Source of the DNA: Centroscyllium fabricii
Lineage: Eukaryota
Assembly (NCBI GenBank): GCA_051313645.2
Contig: JBNRSN020000496.1
Coordinates: forward strand, 124,001 to 188,000
Length of the DNA stretch: 64,000 nucleotides
Reading direction: 5' to 3'
The notes under the pieces are model-generated. The model did not search any database, was not told the DNA's origin, and worked only from the letters and a program-made list of their open reading frames with translations. This document shows, piece by piece, positions 1 through 12,705 of this stretch. How positions within the stretch are numbered: position 1 is the first letter of the stretch; the number at the start of each line of letters is the position of its first letter. The position numbers were made by a program, and so were the translations under genes.

Positions 1-114
1 GATAGTTTAGCATGATCACAGTCACATTGGATGCCATTTGTGACTTTGATGAGGGCTGTTTCTGCGCTGTGGCTGAAATCTGGTGTGTGGGGGGTGGGGG
101 GGGGGGGGGGGAGG

Positions 115-825
115 ATTTTTTTAATTCATTGATGGGATGTGGGCGTCGCTGGCTGGCTAGGCCTGCATTTAGTGCCCATCCCTAATTGCCCTTGAGAAGA
201 TGGTGGTGAGCCGCCTTCTTGAACCGCTGCAGTCCATATGATGTAGGTACACCCACAATGTTGTTAGGAAGGGAGTTCCAGGATTTTGGCCCAGCGACAG
301 TGAAGGAGCGGAGATACAGGTCCAAGTCAGGATGGTGTGTGGCTTGGAGGGGAACTTGTAGGTGGTGCTGGTCCCATGCGTCTGCTGCCCTTGTCCTTCT
401 AAGTGGTAGAAGTCGCGGGTTTGGAAGGTGCTGTTGAAGGAGCTTTGGCGAGTTGCTGCAGTGCATCTTGTAGATGGTACACACTGCAGCCGGTGGTGGA
501 GGGAGTGAATGTTGAAGGTGGTGGATGGAGTGCCAATCAAGCGGCCTGCTTTATCCTGAATTGTGTCGAGCTTCTTGAGTGTTGTTGGAGCTGCACTCAT
601 CCAGGCAAGTAGAGAGTTTTCCATCACACTCCTGACTTGTGCCTTGTAGATGGTGGAAAGGCTTTGGGGAGTCAGGAGGTGAGACACTCACCGCAGAATT
701 CCCAGCTTCTGGCCTGCTCTTGTAGCCACAGTATTTATATGGCTGGTCCAGTTCAGTTTCCAATCAATGGTAACCCCCCAGGATGTTGATATTGGGGGAT
801 TCAGCGATGATAATGCCATTGAATA
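115..825 (-). mobile_element. 3' fragment of a CR1/L2-group LINE (family B)
   Basis: RT C-terminus IYKAQVRSVME...HHHLLKGN followed by an A-rich tail. Nearly identical to 47275-48165. Confidence 0.85.
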
Positions 826-829
826 GAAA

Positions 830-1480
830 CATGGACTTGTGGGAAATGGGCACAGATGTGGGAGGATGGCAACATGTTCAAGGACGTGGAGAGGAAAGGG
901 ATGTTGCAGATGGGGCGGTCGTTTGCAAAGACAGAGAGGTCAAGGGTGGGTTTTTTTGAGGAGAGGGGTGATGACTGCAGGTTTAAAGGGGAGGGGGACA
1001 GTACCTGAGGAGAGGGAACCATTAACAATATCAGCTAACACGGGGACCAGGAAGGGAAGTTGGGTGGTCAGCAGTTGGGTGGAAATAGGGTCGAGGGAGC
1101 AGGAGGTGGTTCGCATGGACAAGATGAGCTTGGAGAGAGCATGAGGGGAGACAGAAGGGAAACTAGAAAAAGATGCAAGTTCAGGGTTAGGGCAGGGGGC
1201 ATCTGAAGGGAGGTTTGGCCCGGTGGGCATGGGGAAGGGAGGGCAGTGGCAGAGGCAGCTAAACCTCGGTCTCAATCTTTGTGACAAAGAAGTCCACGAG
1301 CTCCTCGCACTTGCTGGAGTTGATGGTGGAGGGGGCAGGGGAGAGGGATTTAAGAAGACGGTTTGTCGTGAAGAGAAGCCGGGAGTTATCTTTGCATTCC
1401 GGGATGAACCTGGAATCGTGAGGCATAACGGCAGAGGAGAGCAGGACCCGATAATGGGATGAATGGCTAAACCAGGTGTC
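830..1480 (-). mobile_element. Degraded L2 LINE ORF2 fragment
   Basis: TTSCSLDPI...IVNGSLSSGTVPLPFKPAVITPLLKK, typical of the L2 pre-RT region. Confidence 0.8.
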
Positions 1481-1509
1481 TGCCATTAACATTAAAGTCT
1501 ACATCCCTT

Positions 1510-4405
1510 GGACTTACATAGAAACATAGAAAATAGGTGCAGGAGTAGACCATTCGGTCCGTCGAGCCTGCACCGCCATTCAATACGCTCATGGCTGAAC
1601 ATAAGAACATAAGAACACAAGAACACAAGAAATAGGAGGCCAATCGGCCCCCCGAGCCCGCCCCCTCACCCAACAAGATCATTGCTGATCCTACCCTAAC
1701 CTTCATACCACTATCACCCTTCTCCCACCCAAAGAACCGTGTGATCTCCTGGGAGAGGCGAAAAACCAGATAAAAACCCAGGTCCAATTTGGGAAAAAAA
1801 TCCGGGAAATTCCTCTCCGACCCCAATCTAGGCGATCGAAACTTGTCCAGGAGATCACTCAGATCTTACTATACCAACCATAACTCAGGTCCACTTCCCT
1901 GCCCGCTCCCCGTAACCCCTAATTCCCTTGTCTGCTAAAAAAGTCTATTTCCGTTTTAAACTTATTTAATGTTCCCGCTTCCACAGCTCCCTGAGGCAGC
2001 GAATTCCATAGATTAACCACCCTCTGAGTGAAGAAGTTTCTCCTCATCTCAGTTTTAAAAGAGCCCCCCCTTATTCTAAGACTATGCCCCCTAGTTCTAG
2101 TCTCCCCGATCATTGGAAACATCCTTGGCGCATCCACCCGATCAAGGCCCCTCACGATCTTATACGTTTCAATAAGATCGCCTCTCATTCTTCTGAACTC
2201 TAATGAGTAAAGTCCCAACCTGCTTAACCTTTCCTCATATGTCAACCCCCTCATCCCTGGAATTAACCGTGTAAACCTTCTCTGCACTGCCTCCAGGGCA
2301 AGTACATCCTTTCTTAAGTATGGACACCAAAACTGCACACAGTATTCCAAATGCGGTCTCACCAATACTGTGTACAGCTGCAGCAAGACCTCCCTGCTTT
2401 TATACTCTATCCCCCTAACAATAAAGGCTAAGACTCCATTGGCCTTTCTAATCACTTGCTGCACCTGCATACTAACTTTTTGTGATTCATGCACTAATAC
2501 CCCCAGGTCCCTTTGCGTTGTATTACCACGCAGCTCCTCCCCATTTAGAAAATAACTTGCTCTATGATTATTTTTTTTCCAAAATGTATAACTTCACATT
2601 TATCAGTATTAAATTTCATCTGCCAAATCGCTGCCCAATCACCTAGCTTGTCTATATCCTTTTGCAGGCTTTTTCTGTCCTCCTCACTCCCTGCTTTTCC
2701 TCTCATTTTTGTGTCATCTGCAAACTTTGATATATTACACTTGGTCCCCTCCTCCAAATCATTTATATAGATTGTAAACAGCTGGGGTCCCAGCACCGAC
2801 CCCTGCGGAACACCACTAGTCACCGATTGCCATCCCGAGTATGAACCATTTATCCCAACTCTCTGCTTCCTGTTTGAAAGCCAATCCTCTACCCATGCTA
2901 ATATATTACCCCCAATCCCATAATTTTTTATTTTAAGCAATAGTCTCTTATGTGGCACCTTGTCAAAAGCCTTTTGGAAGTCCAAGTATACCACATCCAC
3001 CAGTTCCCCTTTATCTACCCGAGATGTTACTTCCTCAAAGAATTCGAGCAAATTAGTTAAACATGACTTCCCCTTCGTAAAACCATGCTGACTCTGTCCG
3101 ATTAAGTTATGTTTATCCAAATGCCCCGTCAGTGTTTCTTTAATAATGGTCTCTAACATTTTACCCACCACAGATGTTAGACTAACCGGTCTATAGTTAC
3201 CAGCCTTCTGTCTACTTCCCTTTTTAAATATAGGTGTTACATTAGCCATTTTCCAATCCACCGGGACCCTTCCTGACTCCAGGGAGTTTTGGAAAATTAT
3301 CACCAATGCATTTACAATCCCCACCGCTATTTCTCTCAAGACCCTAGGATGTAATCCATCAGGCCCAGGGGATTTATCCGCCTTAAGTCCCATTAATTTA
3401 CCTAATACCATCTCCTTAGTGATCTTAATAGTGCTTAGCTCCTCCATTCCTATAGCCCCGTTTATCCAGCGTTGGAATATTTTTAATGTCTTCTACGGTA
3501 AAGACTGATACAAAATATTCGTTTAATGCTTTTGCCATCTCCATGTTCCCCACCAACAAATTCCCAGTCTCACCCTCCAATGGACCAACATTCACCTTAG
3601 CCACCCTTTTTCTTTTTATATAACTATAAAAACTCTTGCTATTAGTTTTTATATTTTTCGCTAAATTACTTCATAATCTATTTTCCCTTCTTAATTAATC
3701 TCTGTGTTATTTTTTGCTGACTTTTAAATGCTTCCCAATCTTCTGTCTTCCACTGTATCTGGCTGCCTTATATGCCCTCGCCTTTAGCCGAATACTATCC
3801 TTTATTACTTTACTTAGCCATGGTTGGCTGTCCTTTCCTTTACCCCTTTTTTTCATCAGTGGAATGTATTTTCTTGAAAGTTGTACACTAACTCCTTAAA
3901 AGTACACCACTGCTCATGTACCGTCTTATTCTTCAGTCTGTTATCCCAATCTACTTTAATCAATTCTGTTCTCATACCTTCATAATCTCCCTTGTTTAGA
4001 CTAAGTACCCTGGTTTGAGTTTCAATTTGCTCCCCCTCTAATTGAATATGGAATTCAACCATATTATGGTCACTCATTCCAAGAGGGTCCCTAACTATGA
4101 CATTTTAATTAATCCTGCTTCATTACACAGGACCAGATCCAAGATTGCCTCCCCCCTTGTCGGTTCAGTGACATACTGTTCTAAGAACCCATCCCTAATA
4201 CACTCTATAAACTCTTCCTCTAGTCTACCCTGCCCAGTTTGATTTGCCCAGTTAATATGAAAGTTAAAGTCCCCCATGATTACAGCAGTTCCCTTATCAC
4301 ATGCTTCAAACATTTGCTGATTTATGTTCTGACCAACAGAGTCACAACTATTTGGAGGTCTATAGATTACACCCACTAGTGTTTTTTTCCCCTTATTATT
4401 CTTGA
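1510..4405 (-). mobile_element. CR1 LINE, most of ORF2 (APE endonuclease and RT) plus 3' UTR and short-repeat tail
   Basis: [41 protein letters not shown] and FADD motifs with a few frameshifts. Stacked TTCT(T)ATG-type tails at about 1515-1630. Confidence 0.95.
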
Positions 4406-4477
4406 GGGAGTGGAGGGGGGGACATACCAGGGGGAGAGCAATGGTTTTAATGGGAACAAGGGCAGCAAACAAAATTC

Positions 4478-6322
4478 TCCCCTTAATACACTCTGACCTC
4501 ACTCCTCCCCTTAATAGAGACACTCTGACCTCACTCCTCCCTTTAATAGAGACACTCCGACATCACTCCTCCCCTTAATAGAGACACTCCGACCTCACTC
4601 CTCCCCTTAATAGAGACACTCTGACCTCACTCCTCCCTTTAATAGACACTCCGACCTCACTCCTTCCCTTAATAGAGACACTCTGACCTCACTCCTCCCC
4701 TTAATAGAGACACTCTGACCTCACTCCTCCCTTAATAGAGACACTCCGACCTCACTCCTCCCCTTAATAGACACTCTGACCTCACTCCTCCCCTTAATAG
4801 ACACTCCGACCTCACTCCTCCCCTTAATAGACACTCCGACCTCACTCCTCCCTTTAATAGAGACACTCTGACCTCACTCCTCCCTTTAATAGACACTCTG
4901 ACCTCACTCCTCCCCTTAATAGAGACACTCTGACCTCACTCCTCCCCTTAATAGAGACACTCCGACCTCACTCCTCCCCTTAATAGAGACACTCTGACCT
5001 CACTCCTCCCCTTAATAGACACTCCGACCTCACTCCTCCCCTTAATAGACACTCTGACCTCACTCCTCCCTTTAATAGACACTCTGACCTCACTCCTCCC
5101 CTTAATAGACACTGACCTCACTCCTCCCCTTAATAGACACTCCGACCTCACTCCTCCCCTTAATAGACACTCTGACCTCACTCCTCCCCTTAATAGAGAC
5201 ACTCTGACCTCACTCCCTCCCCTTAATAGACACTCTGACCTCACTCCTCCCCTTAATAGACACTCCGACCTCACTCCTCCCCTTAATAGACACTCTGACC
5301 TCACTCCTCCCCTTAATAGAGACACTCCGACCTCACTCCTCCCTTTAATAGAGACACTCCGACCTCACTCCTCCCCTTCATAGAGACACTCTGACCTCAC
5401 TCCTCCCTTTAATAGAGACACTCTGACCTCACTCCTCCCCTTAAGAGACACTCCGACCTCACTCCTCCCTTTAATAGAGACACTCTGACCTCACTCCTCC
5501 CTTTAATAGAGACACTCTGACCTCACTCCTCCCTTTAATAGAGACACTCCAACCTCACTCCTCCCCTTAATAGAGACACTCTGACCTCACCCCTCCCCTT
5601 AATAGAGACACTCCGACCTCACTCCTCCCTTTAATAGACACTCCAACCTCACTCCTCCCCTTAATAGAGACACTCTGACCTCACTCCTCCCTTTAATAGA
5701 GACACTCTGACCTCACTCGTCCCCTTAATAGAGACACTCTGACCTCACTCCTCCCCTTAAGAGACACTCCGACCTCACTCCTCCCTTTAATAGAGACACT
5801 CTGACCTCACTCCTCCCTTTAATAGAGACACTCCGACCTCACTCCTCCCTTTAATAGAGACACTCCGACCTCACTCCTCCCTTTAATAGAGACACTCTGA
5901 CTTCACTCCTCCCTTTAATAGAGACACTCTGACCTCACTCCTCCCTTTGATAGAGACACTCCGACCTCACTCCTCCCTTTAATAGAGACACTCCGACCTC
6001 ACTCCTCCCCTTAATAGAGACACTCCGACCTCACTCCTCCCTTTAATAGAGACACTCCGACCTCACTCCTCCCTTTATTAGACACTCCGACCTCACTCCT
6101 CCCCTTAATAGAGACACTCTGACCTCACTTCTCCCCTTAATAGAGACACTCCGACCTCACTCCTCCCCTTAATAGAGACACTCCGACCTCACTCCTCCCC
6201 TTAATAGAGACACTCCAACCTCACTGCTCCCCTTAATAGAGACACTCCGACCTCACTCCTCCCCTTAATAGAGACACTCCGAGCTCACTCCTCCCTTTAA
6301 TAGAGACACTCCGAGCTCACTC
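4478..6322. repeat. Minisatellite, 30/32-bp unit GACACTCYGACCTCACTCCTCCCYTTAATA(GA), about 1.8 kb
   Basis: Directly visible periodicity. Confidence 0.97.
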
Positions 6323-6339
6323 GGTGTACAAGGTCTTGC

Positions 6340-6490
6340 CTGCTACACCCTGGAATCCTTTGGTTGTTGCAGCAACTGCCTCTCTTAGTTTTTTCAGCTC
6401 AAATGGGGTGAACTCCAGCTGTCTCGAAGGCCCTTTAGATCCCAATATGCTGCTCGGAGACTGGTTGATTCCCAGATTCCGAAGGTAAAT
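6340..6490 (-). CDS. ALMS1: ALMS1 exon, 151 nt (142 nt if the GT donor at 6349 is used), phase 0-1
   Basis: Acceptor ttttcgcttctcag|ATT. IYLRNLGINQSPSSILGSKGPSRQLEFTPFEL continues NIEDRIP as in fish/bird ALMS1 (YLxNLGIDQSP, recalled). Donor is either CAG|gcaaga or AGG|gtgtag. Confidence 0.85.
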
Positions 6491-6879
6491 CTGAGAAGCG
6501 AAAAACAGGATGTGTTAGAAGCTGCAGTGAGTCAACCAGCTCCTTCCATTTGGTTGGCCTCTCCTCCTCCACGGGCCCTCCTGGGATACAGTTCTACTGG
6601 TGATGGGCACGCTCCCATTCCAGACCCGAGCCCAATGGTGTCCTCACCTGATGTCCACAGGTGACTGGGCTCACCCGCAACCATCCTTGTGGTTCAATAG
6701 CCTGCCAACGCTCGCCGTCAAGGCTCACAGGCGATGGTCACTCGGTAAAGGTACCCAACGAGGAGCAGCACCCACAGGCAGTGCGGGTCAGAGATCAGTA
6801 ATGGGAACTTGAGCTGCTGAAGCCCACTCCCCACTGTGACCTTCTCCATCTGCAATCTGAGCAGCACATCACATAGCGC

Positions 6880-9360
6880 CAATGGGCTCACACCCATCGG
6901 AGGAGCAGAGGACACTTTCACACGGCGCCCATGGGCTCACAGCCATCGGAGGAGCAGAGGACCCTTACACACGGCGCCCATGGGCGAGCACCCATCGGAG
7001 GAGCAGAGGACCCTTTCACACGGCGCCCATGGGCGAGCACCCATCGGAGGAGCAGAGGACCCTTTCACACTGCGCCCGTGGGCGAGCACCCATCGGAGGA
7101 GCAGAGGACCCTTTCACACGGTGCCCGTGGGCGAGGACCCTTTCACACGGTGCCCGCGGGCGGAGACCCTTTCACACGGTGCCCGCGGGCGAGGACCCTC
7201 TCACACGGCGCCCGTGGGCGAGGACCCTCTCACACGGCGCCCGTGGGCGAGCACCCTTTCACACGGCGCCCGTGGGCGAGAACCCTCTCACACGGCGCCC
7301 GTGGGCGAAGACCCTTTCACACGGTGCCCGTGGGCGAGGACCCTCTCACACTGCACCCGTGGGCGAGCACCCTTTCACACGGCGCCCGTGGGCGAGGACC
7401 CTCTCACACTGCGCCCGTGGGCGAGGACCCTTTCACACGGCGCCCGTGGGCGAGGACCCTCTCACACTGCGCCCGTGGGCGAGCACCCTTTCAGACGGCG
7501 CCCGTGGGCGAGGACCCTCTCACACGGCGCCCGTGGGCGAGGACCCTCTCACACGGCGCCCGTGGGCGAGGACCCTCTCACACGGCTCCCGTGGGCGAGG
7601 ACCCTCTCACACGGCGCCCGTGGGCGAGGACCCTCTCACACGGCGCCCGTGGGCGAGGACCCTTTCACACGGTGCCCGCGGGCGAGGACCCTCTCACACG
7701 GCGCCCGCGGGCAAGGACCCTCTCACACGGCGCCCGCGGGCGAAGAGCCTCTCACACGGCGCCCGTGGGCGAAGAGCCTTTCACACGGCGCCCGTGGGCG
7801 AAGAGCCTTTCACACGGCGCCCGTGGGCGAAGAGCCTTTCACACGGTGCCTGCGGGCGAGCACCCTTTCACACGGTGCCCGCGGGCGAGGACCCTCTCAC
7901 ACGGTGCCTGCGGGTGAGGACCATCTCACACGGTGCCTGCGGGTGAGGACCATCTCACACGGTGCCCGTGGGCGAGGACCCTTTCACACGGTGCCCGCGG
8001 GCGAGGACCCTTTCACACGGTGCCCGCGGGCGAGGACCCTCTCACACGGCGCCCGTGGGCGAGGACCCTTTCACACGGTGCCCGCGGGCGAGGACCCTTT
8101 CACACGGTGCACGCGGGCGAGGACCCTTTCACACGGTGCCCGCGGGCGAGGACCCTTTCACACGGTGCCCGCGGGCGAGGACCCTTTCACACGGTGCCCG
8201 CGGGCGAGGACCCTTTCACACGGTGCCCGCGGGCGAGGACCCTTTCACACGGCGCCCGTGGGCGAGGACACTCTCACACTGCGCCCATGGGCGAGCACCC
8301 TTTCACACGGCACGCATGGGCGAGGACCCTCTCACACGGCGCCCGTGGGCGAGGACCCTTTCACACGGTGCCCGCGGGCGAGGACCCTTTCACACGGTGC
8401 ACGCGGGCGAGGACCCTTTCACACGGTGCCCGCGGGCGAGGACCCTTTCACACGGTGCCCGCGGGCGAGGACCCTTTCACACGGTGCCCGCGGGCGAGGA
8501 CCCTTTCACACGGTGCCCGCGGGCGAGGACCCTTTCACACGGCGCCCGTGGGCGAGGACCCTCTCACACTGCGCCCATGGGCGAGCACCCTTTCACACGG
8601 CACGCATGGGCGAGGACCCTTTCACACGGCGCCCGTGGCTGAGGACCCTTTCACACGGCACGCATGGGCGAGCACCCTTTCACACGGCGCCCGTGGGTGA
8701 CGACCCTTTCAGAAGGCACCCACGGGCGAGCACCCTTTCACATGGTGCCCATGGGCGAGCACCCTTTCACACAGAGTCCATGTGCTAGGACTCTTTCACA
8801 CGGCGCCCTTGGGCGAGGACCCTTTCACACGGCACCCGTGAGCGAGGACGCTTTCACACAGCGTCCGTGGGTGAGCACCCTTTCACACAGCATCCGTGGG
8901 TGAGCACCCTTTCACACAGCATCCATGGGTGAGCACCCTTGCACACAGTGCCCATGGGCGAGCAGCCTTTCACACAGCGTCCGTGGGTGAGCAGCCTTTC
9001 ACACAGCGTCCGTGGGTGAGCACCCTTTCACACGGCGCCCGTGGGTGACGACCCTTTCAGAAGGCACCCACGGGCGAGCACCCTTTCACATGGCGCCCGT
9101 GGGTGAGCACCCTTTCACACAGTGCCCATGGGCGAGCACCCTTTCACACAGAGTCCATGTGCTAGGACCCTTCCACAGGGCGTCCGTGGGCGAGGACCCT
9201 TTCACACAGCATCCATGGGTGAGCACCCTTTCACACAGTGCCCATGGGCGAGCAGCCTTTCACACAGCGCCCATGGGTGAGCACCCTTTCACACAGCGCC
9301 CATGGGCGAGCAACCTTTAACACAGCGTCCGTGGGTGAGCACCCTTTCACACGGCGCCTG
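6880..9360. repeat. GC-rich minisatellite, 29-bp unit GGGCGAGGACCCTTTCACACGGYGCCCGY, with about 49-bp variant units at the left end
   Basis: Directly visible periodicity; explains the spurious long ORFs here. Confidence 0.97.
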
Positions 9361-11012
9361 TGATAAAGAGACAAAATTAAAGTCTCTTTATCTGAATGCA
9401 CGCAGCATTCATAACAAGATAGATGAATTGACGGCACAAATAGAAATAAATGGGTATGATCCAATAGCCATCGCACAGACGTGGTTGCAATGTGACCAAG
9501 GCTGGGAACTGAATATTCAGGGGTATTTGACATTTCGGAAGGATAGACAGAAAGGAAAAGGAGGTGAGGTAGCTCTGTTAATAAAGGGTGAGATCAGTAC
9601 AATAGTGAGAAATGATCTTGGCTCGGAAGTTCCAGATGAAGAATCAATTTGGGTGGAGGTAAGAAATAGTAAGGGAAAGGCGGCACTGGTTGGGAGTTGT
9701 CTATAGGCCCCCTAACAGCAACTACACTATAGGACAGAGTATAAATCAAGGAATAATGGGGGCTTGTAAGAAAGGCACTGCAATAATCGTGGGCGATTTG
9801 AATCTTCATATAGATTGGACAAATCAAATTGGCAAAAGTAGCCTCGAAGACGAGTTCATAGAATGTATTCAGGATGGTTTCTTGGAACAATACGTTGTGG
9901 AACCGACCAGGGAGCAGGCTATTTTAGATCTGGTAATGTGTAATGAAACAGGATTCATTAATGATTTCATAGTGATCCTCTAGGGAAGAGTGATCATAAC
10001 ATGATATCTTCAATCTGAATGTGGAATTCTGAGGAACTTTGGTCTGAAACTAGTGTTAAAACTTAAATAAAAGCAATTACAAAGGTATGTGGAGAGAGTT
10101 GACTAAAGTGGACTGGGAAAATAGATTAGAAGGTAGGACAGTAGAAAAGCAGTGGCGGACATTTAAAAAGATATTTCATGACTCTCAACAAAGATATATT
10201 CCAGTGAGAAAGACAGACCCTATGAGAAGGATGAACCAACCATGGCGAACCAAGGAAGTTAGGGATGGTATCACATTGAAAGAAAAGGCAGACAATGATG
10301 CAAAGATTAGTGCCGGAAGATTGGGAAAATTTTAGAAACCAGCAAAGGATGACAAAAAAAATAATAGAGGGAGAAAATAGACTATGAGAGTAAACTGGCA
10401 AGAAATATAAAAACTGACGGCAAGAGCGTCTACAAGTATATAAAAATAGAGTAGCTAAAGGAAACATTGGTCCCTTAGAGGACAAGACTGGGGAAATCAT
10501 AATGGGAAACAAGGAAATGGCAGAGACATTGAACAAATATTTTGTAACTATCTTCACAGTAGAGGACACTAAAAATATCTCAGTAATAGGAGAAAATCAA
10601 GGGGGAAAAGGGAGGATCTTAAAACAATCGCTTTCACTAGAGAAAAAGTGCTAGGCAAACTAATGGGACTAATGGCTGACCCGATGGCCTGCATCCTAGG
10701 GTCTTAAAAGAAGTGGCTGCAGAGATAGTGGATGCATTGGTTGTGATCTTCCAAAATGTCCTTGAATCTGGAAACGTCCAGCGGATTGGAAAATGTAACG
10801 CCCTTACTCAAGAAAGGAGGGAGACAGAAAGCAGGAAACTATAGACCAGTTAGCCTAACATCTGTTGTTGGGAAAATGCTGTAGTCCATTATTAAGGAAG
10901 TAATAGCGGGATATTTAGAAAATCTTGATGTGGAGGTGCCGGTGTTGGACTGGGGTGGACAAATGCAAGAAGTCACACACACCAGGTTATAGTCCAACAG
11001 TTTTATTTTAAA

Positions 11013-11050
11013 TCACAAGCTTTCGGAGCGTCTGCCCCTTCCTCAGGTGG
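11013..11050 (-). ncRNA. Minimal hammerhead ribozyme, inverted copy
   Basis: Reverse complement reads cacCTGAGGAaggggcagacgctccGAAAgcttgtga. Confidence 0.72.
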
Positions 11051-11412
11051 AAGAGAAGTTGATCCAAAGAAAGCACATATATAAGGGACAGAGAAATCTA
11101 ATCTCTCCCACATCTCATGTCGCGCTACATGTGACCCTGCCTGACGTAGAGTCATCCAGACTAGAGTCGTCTTTGTCTTGTAAGGAAAATCCTTTTTTTT
11201 TTTTTATCATTCTGTGTGTTTTCGCACAGGACTGCAGCATTTGACCCTTTGTGACTGTGCCTCATTGATCTCAGACTGGTGCCTGATTAATATGTTAGAA
11301 TATGTGTAAACACCTTTGTCTGCTCTGTTTGTCTCTCTGCTGAAGTGTGATGTGGTAGAGGTTAGATTTCTCTCTCCCTTGCATATATGCTGTCTTTAAA
11401 TGAACTTCTCTT

Positions 11413-11449
11413 TCACCTGAAGAAGGAGCAACGCTCCGAAAGCTTGTGA
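11413..11449 (+). ncRNA. Minimal type I hammerhead ribozyme (Penelope-associated)
   Basis: tcac-c-TGAAGA core (CTGANGA), stem II GGAGC/GCTCC, GAAA, palindromic AAGCTT, then gtga pairing with tcac. Confidence 0.8.
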
Positions 11450-12705
11450 TTTCAAATAAAACTGTTGGACGAAAACCTGGTGTTGTGTGACTTCTTGCAT
11501 TTAGAAAATCATAAGACAATCAAGCAGAGTCAACATGGTTTTATGAAAGGGAAATCGTGTTTGACAAATTTACTGGAGTTCTTTTAGGAGGTAATGAGCA
11601 GTGTGGATAAAGGGGAACCAGTAGATGTAGTGTATTTGGATTTCCAGAAGGCATTCGATAAGGTGCCACATAAAAGGTTTCTGCACAAGATATGAGCTCA
11701 CGGGGTTGGGGGTAATATATTAGATTGGATAGAGGATTGGCTAACTAACAAAGTCGGGATAAATGGGACATTTTCAGGATGGTAAACTGTAACTAGTGGG
11801 ATGCCGCGGGGATCAGTGCTGGGGCCTCAACTATTTACAATCTATATTAATGGCTTGGATGAAGGGACCGAGTGTAATGTAGCTAAATTTGCTGATGATG
11901 CAAAGATAGGTGGGAAAGCAGGTTGTGAGGAGGACACAGAGTCTGCAAAGGGATATAGACAGGTTACGGGACTGGGCAAGAATTTGGCAGATGGAGTAGA
12001 ATGTGGGAAAATGTGAAGTTATCCACTTTGGTAGGAAGAATAGAAAAGAAAACATTATTTAAATGGAGAAAGACTCCAGAATGCGGCAGTACAGAGGGAT
12101 CTGGGGATCCTTGTACATGAAACACAAAGTTAACATGCAGGCGCAGCAAGTAATTAGGAAGACAAATGGAATGTTGGCCTTTATTGCAAAGGGGTATGCA
12201 GTATAAAAGTAGGGAAGTCTTTCTACAACTGTACAGGGCGATGGTGAGACCACACCTTGAGTACTGCGTGCAGTTGTGGTCTCGATATTTAAGGAAGGAT
12301 ATACCTGCATTAGAGGCAGTTCAGAGAAGGTTCATGAGGTTGATTCCTGGGATGGAAGGCTCATCTTATGAAGAAAGGTTGAGCAGGCTGGGCCTCTACT
12401 CTTTGGAGTTTAGAAGAATGAGAGGGGATCTTATTGAAACATTGAAGATTCTGAGGGGGCTCGACAGGGTAGATGCAGAGAGGATGTTTCCCCTCGTGGG
12501 GGAATCTAGAACTAGGGGGCATAGTTTCAGAATAAGGGGTCGCCCATTTAAGACGGGGATGAGGAGGAATTTCTTCTCTGAGGGTTGTGAATCTTTAGGA
12601 TTCTCTTCCCCAGAGAGCCGTAGAAGCAAAGTCATGGAATATATTCAAGGGTGAGATAGACAGATATTTGAGCAACAGGGGTTGGGGAGCGAGCAGGAAA
12701 GTGGA

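Larger units (their letters stand above)
10925..11502. mobile_element. Penelope-like element end with an inverted pseudo-LTR copy
   Basis: 10926-11115 is the reverse complement of 11345-11502 plus tail. ATTTAGAAAATC is duplicated at 10913-10924 and 11499-11510. Same 3' sequence as the GIY-YIG-bearing copy at 33610-34716. Confidence 0.88.
9361..12705 (+). mobile_element. Degraded CR1 LINE ORF2, near full length, interrupted by a Penelope insert
   Basis: Runs from LYLNARSIHNK through VYRPP and GDLN to the RT C-terminus, with stops and frameshifts. Confidence 0.93.

Noticed and set aside
6836-8788. 650-aa ORF and overlapping ORFs
   Set aside because: Translations of a stop-free 29-bp minisatellite, open in several frames.
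4478-9360. CRISPR-like arrays of about 30-bp repeats
   Set aside because: Units are directly tandem with no unique spacers, no cas genes, and the context is eukaryotic.
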